This document shows positions 38,869-48,450 of a DNA stretch of 64,000 nt, piece after piece. Made by a program: the position numbers and the translations under genes. The notes under the pieces are model-generated. The model was not told where the DNA came from. It did no database searches and saw only the letters and a program-made list of their open reading frames with translations. The stretch comes from a virus, in the IMG/VR virus record IMGVR_UViG_3300044959_000131, positions 96,001-160,000 of that record, one strand, 5' to 3'. Position 1 is the stretch's first letter. Every line of letters starts with the position of its first letter.

Positions 38869-40176
38869 ATGCCATTCCCAGTCACAGCAAGGTACTTCCT
38901 GAACTTCAGAAACTCAGATACTGGACTGACTCCGACGTTCATTTTTTTCAAGCAGGCAGTCGCTCCGTTCAACGACGTGCCACCTCCGACGGTTTTCGAG
39001 CGTAGCAACGGCATGTACTGGTTCGACTGGACATGGATGACGCCGACGGACGTAGACATCATCTTCGAGGTCGATGGTGGCCCATCAATCCCAACGGAAG
39101 AGGTCCGTTACATCAAAGGCGTCATCAGTCCAAGAGACAGATTCCTAGATGAGCCAATTTCTCAAGTCGTCACAGACGTCTGGACAGACAGTGCATCGTA
39201 CGCTGCCGGACAAAAGGGAAAGAGAGTCGATGATATCGGATCGTCAAGCGACACGAGTTCTACTCCATCTCTGTTTGGTAAGGCGCTTCTCTATAAAGAG
39301 AACATTCGCGGCGACGCTCCAGGACTGTCCGACGGAAACAGCATCAAGCAGGTCTACACTCGCATTGGAGCTCCTGTCTCGTCGGACATCTCAACAGACA
39401 TAGCGAATGTTCAATCAACAGCCAATACGATAAACACCAAACTTGGCACACCAGCAGGCCCGTCCGTCTCTGCCGATATAGCCAACGTAAAGTCTGACAC
39501 GGCTGCCATCAAACTGAAAACTGATAACCTTCCAACAGACCCGGCCAGTCAGTCCGCGACTAATACGAGCATCACGAACGCTGTAGCGAGTATCAAAGGA
39601 GCGGATTCGAGAGACTTGACTCAGATTGCAGGAGCTGGAGCGTTCATTCCTGGAGTCGACAACCTGCATCAGATCAAGAGCTCGATTTCGCCACCGAGTG
39701 CCATTGCCGGGGCCGTATTCGACGAGTTGTTGGCAGGTCACACGATCCCAGGAAGCGCTGGAGAGAAGCTAGCTTCGACGGCATCATCAGCTGACGTTTT
39801 GTCCGCTCAGGCCTCTATCAAAGGCGCAGGTGATATAGACAACACTCAGACCTACAACCGCCTCGGCGCTCCTTCTGGGGCTTCGATTTCCGATGACATT
39901 GCATCCATCAAGAGCGACACCTCATCTATTAGCACTGGTACAGCCTCCATCGCAGCCAAACTGACGAGGGCTCTCGGTCTAATGCACGAAAACTCTGTCC
40001 TCGACAATACCGTATTCGACGGCAACAATAACCTGACGAGTGCACGTCTTAGAATCTACGATTCGAAGGCGAATGCGCTTATCGCCGGAGCGACTGGTCT
40101 TCTTCACACGTACACCATTTCGGCATCATACGTTGGTGAGAACGTTCAGACGTACACAGTCGTACTTGAACCATGA
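38869..40176 (+). CDS. Putative structural protein with internal repeats
   Basis: GAPVSSDISTDIANV, GTPAGPSVSADIANV and GAPSGASISDDIASI repeats; AAGGAG RBS. Confidence 0.6.
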   Translation: MPFPVTARYFLNFRNSDTGLTPTFIFFKQAVAPFNDVPPPTVFERSNGMYWFDWTWMTPTDVDIIFEVDGGPSIPTEEVRYIKGVISPRDRFLDEPISQVVTDVWTDSASYAAGQKGKRVDDIGSSSDTSSTPSLFGKALLYKENIRGDAPGLSDGNSIKQVYTRIGAPVSSDISTDIANVQSTANTINTKLGTPAGPSVSADIANVKSDTAAIKLKTDNLPTDPASQSATNTSITNAVASIKGADSRDLTQIAGAGAFIPGVDNLHQIKSSISPPSAIAGAVFDELLAGHTIPGSAGEKLASTASSADVLSAQASIKGAGDIDNTQTYNRLGAPSGASISDDIASIKSDTSSISTGTASIAAKLTRALGLMHENSVLDNTVFDGNNNLTSARLRIYDSKANALIAGATGLLHTYTISASYVGENVQTYTVVLEP

Positions 40177-41081
40177 TATCAATCACCAAGCTAGTAGTCA
40201 GGTCTTTTACGCTCGACTACTTGGACATCTTCTGGGAGATTTCTCCATTGGCTGGCCCGACCGTCGAGGGCCAGCCTCACGAAATATTCGATTATGATTT
40301 CTACGTACTAAGAGCTGAGGCTCCAGCAGGTCCGTACCAGCAGATTGGAGGACCTTTCAGAGATACGTACTCATTTCGAGATTTGAGGATCAATCTTCTC
40401 CATAAGTGGAGATCTCTGCACTACAAAATCAAGATTGTTCACAGACCGACTGGAGAGACCACAGAGTCCAATCCAGCCAGTAGCAACGATCCGGAGCCAG
40501 ATCTCATTGCAGAAGAAATTAATCGTCTTGAAGACATCCTCTTCCGTGAGTTCATTGGCCGCAAATGTTGGCTTTTCCCAGTCCGTACATTCGGACCTCT
40601 TTGTACGTGCGTAGACCCTGTCTTGAAGAGGAGAGCCCGGTCGAATCACGCGCTCTGCTTTGGAACAGGATGGCTTGGAGGATACCACAATCCGGTCGAG
40701 TGTTATGTTCAGTTCGACCCATCCGCGAAGCAGACGATGCCTAATTCTCTTCAAGAACAACAACCTAGCAATACCTCGGCGAGACTCATCTCCTTCCCAC
40801 CTGTCTCTCCACGAGACATACTCGTCGAGTCAGAAAACAGGCGGTGGCGTGTCGTTTCCGTCACTACGACTCAGAGGTTGAGGTCGTCTCTTCATCAAGA
40901 GCTTACTCTGCACGAGATTCCACGTGGAGACATTGAGTACGAATTACCGGTGAAGGTGGACGTCAAAGGGCTGGTGCCGTCGGCGGAACGAAACTTCACC
41001 AATCCCCATAATGTGGAGCGAGACGGTGACTATCAGGACATTTTCGCTTTCTTCGGTCACGCTCGAGGCACTCAGCGATGA
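40173..41081 (+). CDS. Putative head-closure/neck protein
   Basis: CTC...CFGTGWLGGY motif and ESENRRWRV; lies before the tail-completion and sheath genes. Confidence 0.45.
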   Translation: MISITKLVVRSFTLDYLDIFWEISPLAGPTVEGQPHEIFDYDFYVLRAEAPAGPYQQIGGPFRDTYSFRDLRINLLHKWRSLHYKIKIVHRPTGETTESNPASSNDPEPDLIAEEINRLEDILFREFIGRKCWLFPVRTFGPLCTCVDPVLKRRARSNHALCFGTGWLGGYHNPVECYVQFDPSAKQTMPNSLQEQQPSNTSARLISFPPVSPRDILVESENRRWRVVSVTTTQRLRSSLHQELTLHEIPRGDIEYELPVKVDVKGLVPSAERNFTNPHNVERDGDYQDIFAFFGHARGTQR

Positions 41082-41373
41082 GCTGATGAAAATTGCTGCT
41101 GCCCAAGAAGCCAAAGAAACCCAACAAAGCCGGAGAGACCGACTAAAGAAGTATTTGAAATCTACAGCGCTCATCAGTGCCGGTGCTGGTGTTGGATACG
41201 GCGCTGGAATGATTGCCGAGAAAGCATTCGAGAAGCTATTCGGTCCGAAGTGGAACTCACTACCATTGTCTTCAAAATTACGAATTCTTGGAGCTGCGGC
41301 AGGTGCGGCCTCTGTTGGTGCATTGGCTGCCCGTGAATGGCTCGCTCACGAACGTAGCGAGGCGCTAAAATGA
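41011..41373 (+). CDS. Small glycine-zipper protein (LSDELMKIAAA); start uncertain (GTG 41026 possible)
   Basis: ELxKIA motif; GAGVGYGAG and GAAAGAASVGALAA helices. Confidence 0.55.
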   Translation: MWSETVTIRTFSLSSVTLEALSDELMKIAAAQEAKETQQSRRDRLKKYLKSTALISAGAGVGYGAGMIAEKAFEKLFGPKWNSLPLSSKLRILGAAAGAASVGALAAREWLAHERSEALK

Positions 41374-42173
41374 GCATCAAGGTCCCATCAGGACTTCCGC
41401 AACCTCAAGGGCCAGGTGAAGACCCCCTCCTACATTACACGAAGGTATTCGTCAGGTTCCTTCAAGCTGTATTCGCTACATTCGAGAAGGGTGCCTATCG
41501 ATGGGTGGATGACGAGGCCACCTCTGACATCATCATCACGGACCAAGCCACCATCGCAAGAGAAGTCGTCGAGAAGAGACCGGCAATCATTCTAACCAGA
41601 GGACCGGCCTCTTTCGGCAACATCTCGATGAATCAGTTTGCAGGACCAGGTCCTCTCCCCCGAACAAGGGGGGCCGATTTGAAGTACCCAAACCTAGATC
41701 CTGAAACAGGCACCAAACGGTACACGGACCTCGTTGCCTGCACGATGACCTACAACTGTCTTTCGAAAGAAGGTCTCGAAGCCCAGAGAATCGCTTGGAT
41801 TTCCATGATGGCGACGAGACGCCTGAAGTCCTCTCTCATGAACTCCGGTATACACCGGGTGGGTGAGGAGATGCAGGTTGGGTCAGAGTCGTCTCCTGGA
41901 GCCATCGTCCAGCCAGAGTCTGACAACGAAATCACAATGGTCTCGGTCTCGGTTCCGTTCTACTTCCAGGACTTCTGGTCCATTGGACCCAAAGATAAAT
42001 TGCTTCTCAAACACATCGACCTGGCCTTAACGTCATCCCTAAACTACCCGGCTCCAGGAGCCGTGACGATTCGTGAACCAGGGATGAACGGTAAAGTTCT
42101 CACGTACGACAAGACACTTTCACTCGTACAGCGGGTCCGTACTCAAGTTGGCACTCCGAAGCCAAGGAAGTAG
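41370..42173 (+). CDS. Putative tail completion/terminator protein
   Basis: Directly upstream of the sheath gene; RPAIILTRG pattern. Function inferred from position. Confidence 0.45.
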   Translation: MSIKVPSGLPQPQGPGEDPLLHYTKVFVRFLQAVFATFEKGAYRWVDDEATSDIIITDQATIAREVVEKRPAIILTRGPASFGNISMNQFAGPGPLPRTRGADLKYPNLDPETGTKRYTDLVACTMTYNCLSKEGLEAQRIAWISMMATRRLKSSLMNSGIHRVGEEMQVGSESSPGAIVQPESDNEITMVSVSVPFYFQDFWSIGPKDKLLLKHIDLALTSSLNYPAPGAVTIREPGMNGKVLTYDKTLSLVQRVRTQVGTPKPRK

Positions 42174-42198
42174 ATGAAAAGGTAAAAGGAGCGCAAAG

Positions 42199-45100
42199 AT
42201 GGCAGAGCTTCTCAGACCAGGCGTAGAGGTCATTCAAACCCTTCGCAATCAGTCACCGACCTTCATCAGGCCGACATTGGTTCCGTGCATCGTCGGTCCT
42301 GCGTTCGAAATCATCAATGTCCTGAACACCGACGGAACTATCAACTCCAAGGCGAAGTACGGTGCATATTCTCAAATCGGGAAGACCATCACCCAGAGTG
42401 CCTTTCCAGATCATCGCGGTAACATCGATGAGCTTGATATCATCGAGAGCTCCATTCGACCCTTCATCCTCGCTGGTGGGAGCCTGTCTGAGCTCCTGAT
42501 GAATCCTGGAGAGTCTTTCCTTGCGACGAGTCATGTATCGTCGAAGCCAGCTATTCTAACTACTAATTTCAGCGGCCCGGCTGGCCTACCAATCGTTGGT
42601 ACGGTTCTCGTTATCAGCCTCGACAATCCAGTCCCTGCTGATACTAGCCGAGACATCACCATCACTTTCAAGGGAACCGGTCCAACCCTCACAGCGGCTC
42701 AGTGTGCCGAGCAAATCAACGAAGCTGTTGGACAGGAAATTGCTTCCGTTGTCGGAAGCGCGCCGAACGATAAGGTTCTATTGACAACCCCTCGTGCTGG
42801 TGCGAAGAGCTCTATTACGATTCGTGCCGGAGCATCTGCAAATGGAATTCTCGGCATTGGTGACTCGGGCGAGGAGCGTGTCGTTGGTTCCGGATACAGA
42901 GCTCAAGACGACAATGACAACGATACAACTTCTCCATGGATTGAATTCTACCGTGGAGCCTACTTCCTGAACGGTGCTGAGCCACCAGCGTTCCCATCAA
43001 AGGCTGGTCTCATAAATGTCGAGACAGGTGTGTTCTCTGTTGGCAAAGCAGCCGCCATTACCTTCGGCGAATCCGGAACGATTCCGTTGAAGGTTGGCGA
43101 CTTGATGTTCGGAGACGGCGTCAAGGTCAAGAATGCGGAAGTGATGAAGGTAGAGTCGGACCGGTTCCGACTCGGCACTGTCAACACGACACTCTCGACA
43201 GCCGACTCCAATGGTCGGTACATCACGAAGGTATACGACCCTGTCGAAGTCGAAACCCTTTTTGATGACAACCCATTCTCTCCTCAGTATGTCTGGTTCA
43301 AGGCGGCAAATCTTTTCCCTTCTGAACTATCTCCCGTAGCTGCGTCAGTTACTGGAACTAACACCGGCTCGGCGGCAACCAAAGCAGAAGTCAAATCTTC
43401 AGCTGCCATCACTGTCCCAGTATCGCTTGCTGGACTTAAGATTCACTATGTATCGACTATCAATGGAGTCGATACAGAAGGGGAATTCACATTCACAGGC
43501 GGTCCTTTCGGTACAGTTAACGCTATCGCCTCGGCCATCGGGACAAATATTCCGGGAGTAAGTGCAGTGGAAGGTTCCGGTCCCGACTCTGGAAAGCTTG
43601 TTCTCGAGAGCATTCTGACTGGTCGCAACCAGGCCATCAGAATCAAGGCTGACGGAACCGCAAACGCCGCTTTGAATTTTAGTACTACATCTGACACGGT
43701 TGGGACTGGAAAAGATGTAGAGTTTGCAGGTCTGAATGGGAAAACATTGTCGTTCACCCTTGACAAGAACCCTCACGTCTATTCAGTCACATTCTCTTCA
43801 GACAGCCTCGACATCGCCGTTGACGAAATCAATTCCGTTGTAGGTGCTAACGTTGCATCGAAGGCAGGTGCCGGTCTTGACCGCCTCAAGCTGACGTCCA
43901 CGTTGAAGGGCGCAGCATCTGAGGTAAGAGTCTACCATAGTCCGGCAGCAGATGCAGATACCGTATTTGGCCTTTCGACGTTGCCTGCTGCTGGTTCCGG
44001 CCGTCCGTATCCAGATGCCTATCTCGACGGCGTAAACAACTTGGTCATTGGCTCACAGATCCTGCGTGACCAGGTTACAGGCTATCCGCTGGACTTCGCG
44101 ACGAACTCCGGTGACCTCTACATCCAGTTCAAGGGCCTCAGAAAGGATGTCTCGCCAGCTGCCAAAGTCGCCGGGGTTCTCAGAATCCCAGACCAGGCAA
44201 CTCTCGCATCTGTTCTCGACCCTCTAACTGAAGAGAACCCACTTGGTTTGGCTCTCTTCATGTGCCTCATCAATGCCCCTGGCCTGGAGGTCAAAGGACT
44301 GGGGGTCGATGAAATCAGTGCGTCGGCTCCTGAAGGAACAGAGGCCGCATATGCTCGTGCAGCAGGGTTCCTCGAGTCAGAGGAAGTCTACGCAATCGCT
44401 CCCCTGACACATAACGAAGTCGTCCACGGTATCTGGTCAACACACGTCGTGGCGATGTCCGCCCCTGAACAAGGGGGAGAGCGCATCGTCTTCATCAACA
44501 AGAAGATGCCTGTCGAGGCCAATCCTATCGTGGCGGCCTCTGGTACGAAGGCTAACAGCACCGCGACGAACAACCAGATGCTGCTTGATGTGAATCCAGC
44601 AGCAGGATTGGTGGCAGCAGGAATCAACCCTGCCCTCCCAATTCCCGTCTCAGCTGGCGTCTTCATGGAGTTCGAGGTCAATGGAGAGTTCCGCAGGTAC
44701 AATGTGTCCAGCGTTTCAGGCTCGCTGGTCAACCTGAACGTAACGTTCACCGGTTCCCAGAATACGGACGGCTTCTACACCACAACGGCACTTACCGAGA
44801 CAGTAGTGAATGCCTCGTGGTCGTTGAAGGTCCGTGGAAAGAGCCTGATTATTCCTGGCTCAAACCCGCCTCGACTCGATTACAGCCTGGTAGCAGAGAC
44901 GGTCGCGCAGGCAAACTCCGGTATCAAGAACCGTCGCCTGTACTCCGTCTTCCCGGACACCATCAAGACGACCATTGGTGGTGTCGAGAAGAGATTGCCG
45001 GGCTACTACGCATGCGCAGCCATCGCTGGCATGTGCGCAGGACAGCCTCCTCAACAGGGCTTCACCAACTTCCCAATCGTTGGACTGACAGGCGTAGTTG

Positions 45101-45516
45101 GTACAGAGAAGTTCTCCAAGAAGCAGCTAAACAACATGGCAGGAGGCGGAACCTACATCCTCATCCAGGATGTCCAAGGAGGTCCCGTTTCGAGCCGCCA
45201 TCAAGTCTCGACTGACCTCACCAGCATCGAGACTCGTGAGCTTTCCATCACGAAGGTCGTCGACTTCACAGCAAAGTTCCTACGATCTTCGATCAAGAAG
45301 TTCATTGGCGTTCAGACCATCAATGAGCAATTCCTGGACACCGTTGGAACCACCATTCAGGGAATCCTGAACTTCTTGGTCGAGACCGGCGTGTTGAATG
45401 GTGCTGAGCTCAATAACATCCTCCAGGACGAGGAGAACCCGGATACAGTACTGGTGGATATCACGCTCGATGTCCCGTACCCGGCCAACTACATCAGGCT
45501 GACACTGGTGGTGTAA
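42199..45516 (+). CDS. Tail sheath protein (contractile tail)
   Basis: N-terminal LRPGVEVIQ; C-terminal STDLTSIETRELSITKVVDF...VLVDITLDVPYPANYIRLTL; 1105 aa. Confidence 0.88.
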   Translation: MAELLRPGVEVIQTLRNQSPTFIRPTLVPCIVGPAFEIINVLNTDGTINSKAKYGAYSQIGKTITQSAFPDHRGNIDELDIIESSIRPFILAGGSLSELLMNPGESFLATSHVSSKPAILTTNFSGPAGLPIVGTVLVISLDNPVPADTSRDITITFKGTGPTLTAAQCAEQINEAVGQEIASVVGSAPNDKVLLTTPRAGAKSSITIRAGASANGILGIGDSGEERVVGSGYRAQDDNDNDTTSPWIEFYRGAYFLNGAEPPAFPSKAGLINVETGVFSVGKAAAITFGESGTIPLKVGDLMFGDGVKVKNAEVMKVESDRFRLGTVNTTLSTADSNGRYITKVYDPVEVETLFDDNPFSPQYVWFKAANLFPSELSPVAASVTGTNTGSAATKAEVKSSAAITVPVSLAGLKIHYVSTINGVDTEGEFTFTGGPFGTVNAIASAIGTNIPGVSAVEGSGPDSGKLVLESILTGRNQAIRIKADGTANAALNFSTTSDTVGTGKDVEFAGLNGKTLSFTLDKNPHVYSVTFSSDSLDIAVDEINSVVGANVASKAGAGLDRLKLTSTLKGAASEVRVYHSPAADADTVFGLSTLPAAGSGRPYPDAYLDGVNNLVIGSQILRDQVTGYPLDFATNSGDLYIQFKGLRKDVSPAAKVAGVLRIPDQATLASVLDPLTEENPLGLALFMCLINAPGLEVKGLGVDEISASAPEGTEAAYARAAGFLESEEVYAIAPLTHNEVVHGIWSTHVVAMSAPEQGGERIVFINKKMPVEANPIVAASGTKANSTATNNQMLLDVNPAAGLVAAGINPALPIPVSAGVFMEFEVNGEFRRYNVSSVSGSLVNLNVTFTGSQNTDGFYTTTALTETVVNASWSLKVRGKSLIIPGSNPPRLDYSLVAETVAQANSGIKNRRLYSVFPDTIKTTIGGVEKRLPGYYACAAIAGMCAGQPPQQGFTNFPIVGLTGVVGTEKFSKKQLNNMAGGGTYILIQDVQGGPVSSRHQVSTDLTSIETRELSITKVVDFTAKFLRSSIKKFIGVQTINEQFLDTVGTTIQGILNFLVETGVLNGAELNNILQDEENPDTVLVDITLDVPYPANYIRLTLVV

Positions 45517-45546
45517 ACCGATCGAAAGAACTGAGGAGAACGAATC

Positions 45547-45933
45547 ATGGCACTCTCTGCAAATATAATGGCGTACCTGAAGCACCTCGCCGCTGCTGGC
45601 GACATGATTTCCAAGGCTCTCATCGAAGGCAGCAGCGACCTGAGACTCTCGGCTGGTGCCGAGGCGGCGGACGTAATCAAGGTGACTGGTCAGGTTACTG
45701 ACAAGGCCAGTCAGGTCGTAGTCAAGTCAATTCCGGTTTCGGGGGAGGGAACAATGACGGATGGAGGGGCTGGAACCGTCGTCGCTGGCTCTGGGAGCAA
45801 AGAGGTCTGGGTCCAGCCGGACGCTACTGGAAAGTTCGAGTTGAACGTTCTCAACACTGCTGCTGAGAACAACCTCATCATGGCCACGACGAGCAGCGGA
45901 GACGTATCGATGCTCGTTCTCACCTTCTCATGA
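45547..45933 (+). CDS. Hypothetical structural protein between sheath and tube
   Basis: GAGGAG RBS; operon position. Confidence 0.65.
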   Translation: MALSANIMAYLKHLAAAGDMISKALIEGSSDLRLSAGAEAADVIKVTGQVTDKASQVVVKSIPVSGEGTMTDGGAGTVVAGSGSKEVWVQPDATGKFELNVLNTAAENNLIMATTSSGDVSMLVLTFS

Positions 45934-45973
45934 TGACGGTGTAGACTCGTATCGAACCTCTTGGAGGTCTTGA

Positions 45974-46708
45974 ATGGCAACCATCACAAATTGGCAGCCA
46001 TACACTCAGAAGGTCGATAACTCGGCTCTCAGGGAGGGCCGGTTCGCTTCTGGTGCGTTTACGATGGTCGCGGCAGGACCCCCACGTCTTGCGGCCATCG
46101 GAGGTGTCGCAGCCGCAGGCGTCGATCTCTCACAGGGCTCAAAGAACTGGGCAGTGCCGATCGGCGTCGTCCAGAACTTCAACCTGTCCCACAACAGGGC
46201 TTTCGCTCGGTTCTGGGAACTCGGATCTGAGAGGTCCTATTTCATCTCCGGCAGAACGGTGGCCCAGGCAGCGTTCGGTCGAGTACTCTATCACGGACCA
46301 TCTCTCTTGCGGGTTCTGTACTCGTTCTACTCCGACCTGCTCCCTCCGACACTGGTTCCAGCATTCCCGGCGAATGTACTGGACCAGAGCATCCCAGGTA
46401 ACGTCGCCAACCAGCACGACGTCAAGATTCCTCCCGGGTTCGAGAACATTTATCTGAACCTGGCTTCGGACCTCTTCTCACAGCCGTGCGGGCTCCTCGT
46501 TTACATGAAGGACTCGAACGAGAACACGCTCGCTGCGGTCTACCTTGAAGAGACGTACGTTCCGTCGCACACCATCGCAACGGACGCACAGGGCGTCGTC
46601 ATTCAGGAGCAGGTGGCACTTCAGCCTGAGCGCGTTGTGCCGGTCGCCGTAGCCGTTCCTCAGTCTGTTAAGCTGAACTCCATCCTTTCAGAGAGTAGCG
46701 CAGCCTAG
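45974..46708 (+). CDS. Tail tube protein
   Basis: Follows the sheath gene; PIGVVQNFNLSHNR..RFWELGS.RSYFISG pattern. Confidence 0.7.
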   Translation: MATITNWQPYTQKVDNSALREGRFASGAFTMVAAGPPRLAAIGGVAAAGVDLSQGSKNWAVPIGVVQNFNLSHNRAFARFWELGSERSYFISGRTVAQAAFGRVLYHGPSLLRVLYSFYSDLLPPTLVPAFPANVLDQSIPGNVANQHDVKIPPGFENIYLNLASDLFSQPCGLLVYMKDSNENTLAAVYLEETYVPSHTIATDAQGVVIQEQVALQPERVVPVAVAVPQSVKLNSILSESSAA

Positions 46709-46738
46709 ATCTCGCTCCTTAGAGGTTGAGGGCTAATA

Positions 46739-46770
46739 AAAAGGGGAACTCCGTGCGGAGTTCCCCTTTT
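46739..46770. terminator. Bidirectional intrinsic terminator
   Basis: Perfect inverted repeat aaaaggggaactccg-tg-cggagttcccctttt between the convergent tube and csp genes. Confidence 0.9.
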
Positions 46771-46789
46771 ATCTTACTTCGCAGCTCTC

Positions 46790-46996
46790 TCAGGCAGCTC
46801 GTGTAACCTTAACTGCCTGGAGACCTTTTGGGCCTTGCTCTACCTCGTACCGAACACGCTCTCCCTCGTCTAGGGTTCGAAATCCGTTCATTATGATGGC
46901 GGTGTGATGGACGAATATGTCCTTACCGCCCTCATCCGGAGTGATGAACCCAAAGCCCTTTTTGTCGTTGAACCACTTTACTGTGCCTGTTGCCAT
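46790..46996 (-). CDS. cspA: Cold-shock protein (CspA family), 68 aa
   Basis: [18 protein letters not shown] (RNP1) and DIFVHH (RNP2). The symbol marks the family only. Confidence 0.95.
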   Translation of the reverse strand: MATGTVKWFNDKKGFGFITPDEGGKDIFVHHTAIIMNGFRTLDEGERVRYEVEQGPKGLQAVKVTRAA

Positions 46997-47065
46997 CTTT
47001 TTTGTCCTCTTGCTGCTAAGTTCCGAAGAACTCAAGCTTATCCTCTCCTTTCTCAAAAGGTGTGC

Positions 47066-47100
47066 AAAGAAAAAGGGCCAGCTCTTTCGAGCCAGCCCTT
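47066..47100 (-). terminator. Intrinsic terminator
   Basis: On the - strand: AAGGGC-UG-GCUC-GAAA-GAGC-UG-GCCCUU with tandem G-U pairs, then a U-rich tail. Confidence 0.75.
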
Positions 47101-47122
47101 CGTCTTCATGACTTGGAGCCGA

Positions 47123-47539
47123 TTACGACTGGGAAACAGCAGTCTGCGGGATGAATGGCACCGGGGCTGGAATTGCAGTCTGAACTACCTGCTCGGTCCC
47201 TTCGACCTTGCCGTTTCTCTTCTTCCTTTCCGACTTGGCCTCCGCCGTCTTGTCCTCGACCGTCGTATTGGCCTTGTCCCAGGCCTCCTCCAACTTGCCC
47301 GCCACCTTCTGGATGAGACCATCGAGGTAATTCAGCCCACCCGCCGACCGAATGGACACAAGCTCACGGAGCTGGGCCAGGAGATCTGCGGGCAGGGCCT
47401 GAACAGCAAACCCCGGGCTACCGCTTGTCGAGCGACGAGTGTACTTTCTCTTCACCCTCGGCTCGGTTGCTGCGTTCTCAACGGTATTTACATTGTTACG
47501 CCTCTTAATCTTGCTGCGGTCGTAAACTCCACGTGGCAT
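47123..47539 (-). CDS. Hypothetical basic protein, possibly DNA-binding
   Basis: MPRGVYDR and KRKYTRR basic motifs. Confidence 0.6.
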   Translation of the reverse strand: MPRGVYDRSKIKRRNNVNTVENAATEPRVKRKYTRRSTSGSPGFAVQALPADLLAQLRELVSIRSAGGLNYLDGLIQKVAGKLEEAWDKANTTVEDKTAEAKSERKKRNGKVEGTEQVVQTAIPAPVPFIPQTAVSQS

Positions 47540-47598
47540 TTCTGTTCTCTCTTTCTTTCGTTGTGGTTCTCTTCACGGCGCAAAATCGCCGTGAAGAA

Positions 47599-47626
47599 AG
47601 AATACGCAGTTAAACAACAAATGCAA
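47599..47626 (-). promoter_or_regulatory. Sigma70-like promoter candidate
   Basis: TTGCAT-N16-TATTCT on the - strand. An 11-bp inverted repeat (47570-47597) covers the predicted start site. Confidence 0.5.
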
Positions 47627-47640
47627 GTAGAAAAGCTGTC

Positions 47641-47832
47641 TCACAGTCTCTTTTCCTCCTCCACTTCTTTGGCCGGTAGCTTTCCGAGGTAAGAATCGAG
47701 TATCGTTGAGACGAGAGTGCTCATGGATACTGACTTTCCTGTTTGCTCCTTGTACTCTGTGCGGAGCTGCTCCAGTCTTTTCTTAGTCTCTCTGGAAACT
47801 TTTACTTCAAGTCGGTAGTTAAGGGCTGGCAT
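47641..47832 (-). CDS. Ribbon-helix-helix-like DNA-binding protein
   Basis: RLEVKVSRETKKRLEQL...SMSTLVSTILDSYL pattern. Confidence 0.6.
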   Translation of the reverse strand: MPALNYRLEVKVSRETKKRLEQLRTEYKEQTGKSVSMSTLVSTILDSYLGKLPAKEVEEEKRL

Positions 47833-47851
47833 CGTTCGTTCCTAGTTTCTT

Positions 47852-48205
47852 ATGACGAAGAATTCTTCTGATTCTGCCTCACAGAACGCAGAGAAGGTCG
47901 ATAGAGAGCTGACGGTCGATAGGCTCGTAAGTGGCGATAGACCTTCGATATTTTTCCTCGGAATGGTTGGGGCGCACGCAATCCGGAAGGACCGAATGGC
48001 AGTATTCATGGTAGATGTCCTGGGTAGGGTTCACCTCATGCCACCATCTTCCATCCAAGTCATTCACAAACCAAGGGTCACGGAAGAAGAGCTGGACGCT
48101 TTTACGGAGGATGAGGCGATTCAGATTCTCGTACAGCAGGGAGATTCTGAAGAAGAGATTCTGAGGTACCTCGCCCGGCGTGGCGCTCAGCACAAGGAGG
48201 GGTAA
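47852..48205 (+). CDS. Hypothetical protein
   Basis: First gene of a + strand unit. Confidence 0.55.
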   Translation: MTKNSSDSASQNAEKVDRELTVDRLVSGDRPSIFFLGMVGAHAIRKDRMAVFMVDVLGRVHLMPPSSIQVIHKPRVTEEELDAFTEDEAIQILVQQGDSEEEILRYLARRGAQHKEG

Positions 48206-48442
48206 ATGTCATTGTCCATATGCGATTACGAGCCCTGCGCCAATATGCAGGCGGCTCTCCAAAAGCTCGTAATCATTCCAGAAGGGGCCTCATCTTTTCA
48301 TCTTGTTGTGATATCCAAAGGACGTCCGCTCCGGACATTCTATGTGCCCATCCTCTACTGTCCATTTTGTGGTACGAGGATAGAGGAGGAATGGGTGGAA
48401 GATTTCATACTCAAGACCTCAAAAAAAGCCAAGGCTAGTTGA
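48206..48442 (+). CDS. Small Zn-ribbon protein
   Basis: CDYEPC...YCPFCG motifs; AAGGAGG RBS. Confidence 0.65.
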   Translation: MSLSICDYEPCANMQAALQKLVIIPEGASSFHLVVISKGRPLRTFYVPILYCPFCGTRIEEEWVEDFILKTSKKAKAS

Positions 48443-48450
48443 GGGCTTAG

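Noticed and set aside
42199-45516. K-x-A matches in the tail sheath (GKAAA, FKAAN, VKSSA)
   Set aside because: They are sparse for an 1105-aa Ala-rich protein and lack the E/Q-K-(I/V/L/T)-A context, so I treated them as background.
46860-46900. tRNA-like GGTTCGAAATCC string
   Set aside because: It lies on the antisense strand of the csp coding region and has no cloverleaf. No tRNA was recognised anywhere in the window.
46904-47692. 262-aa + strand ORF
   Set aside because: It overlaps three better-supported - strand genes and two regulatory hairpins.
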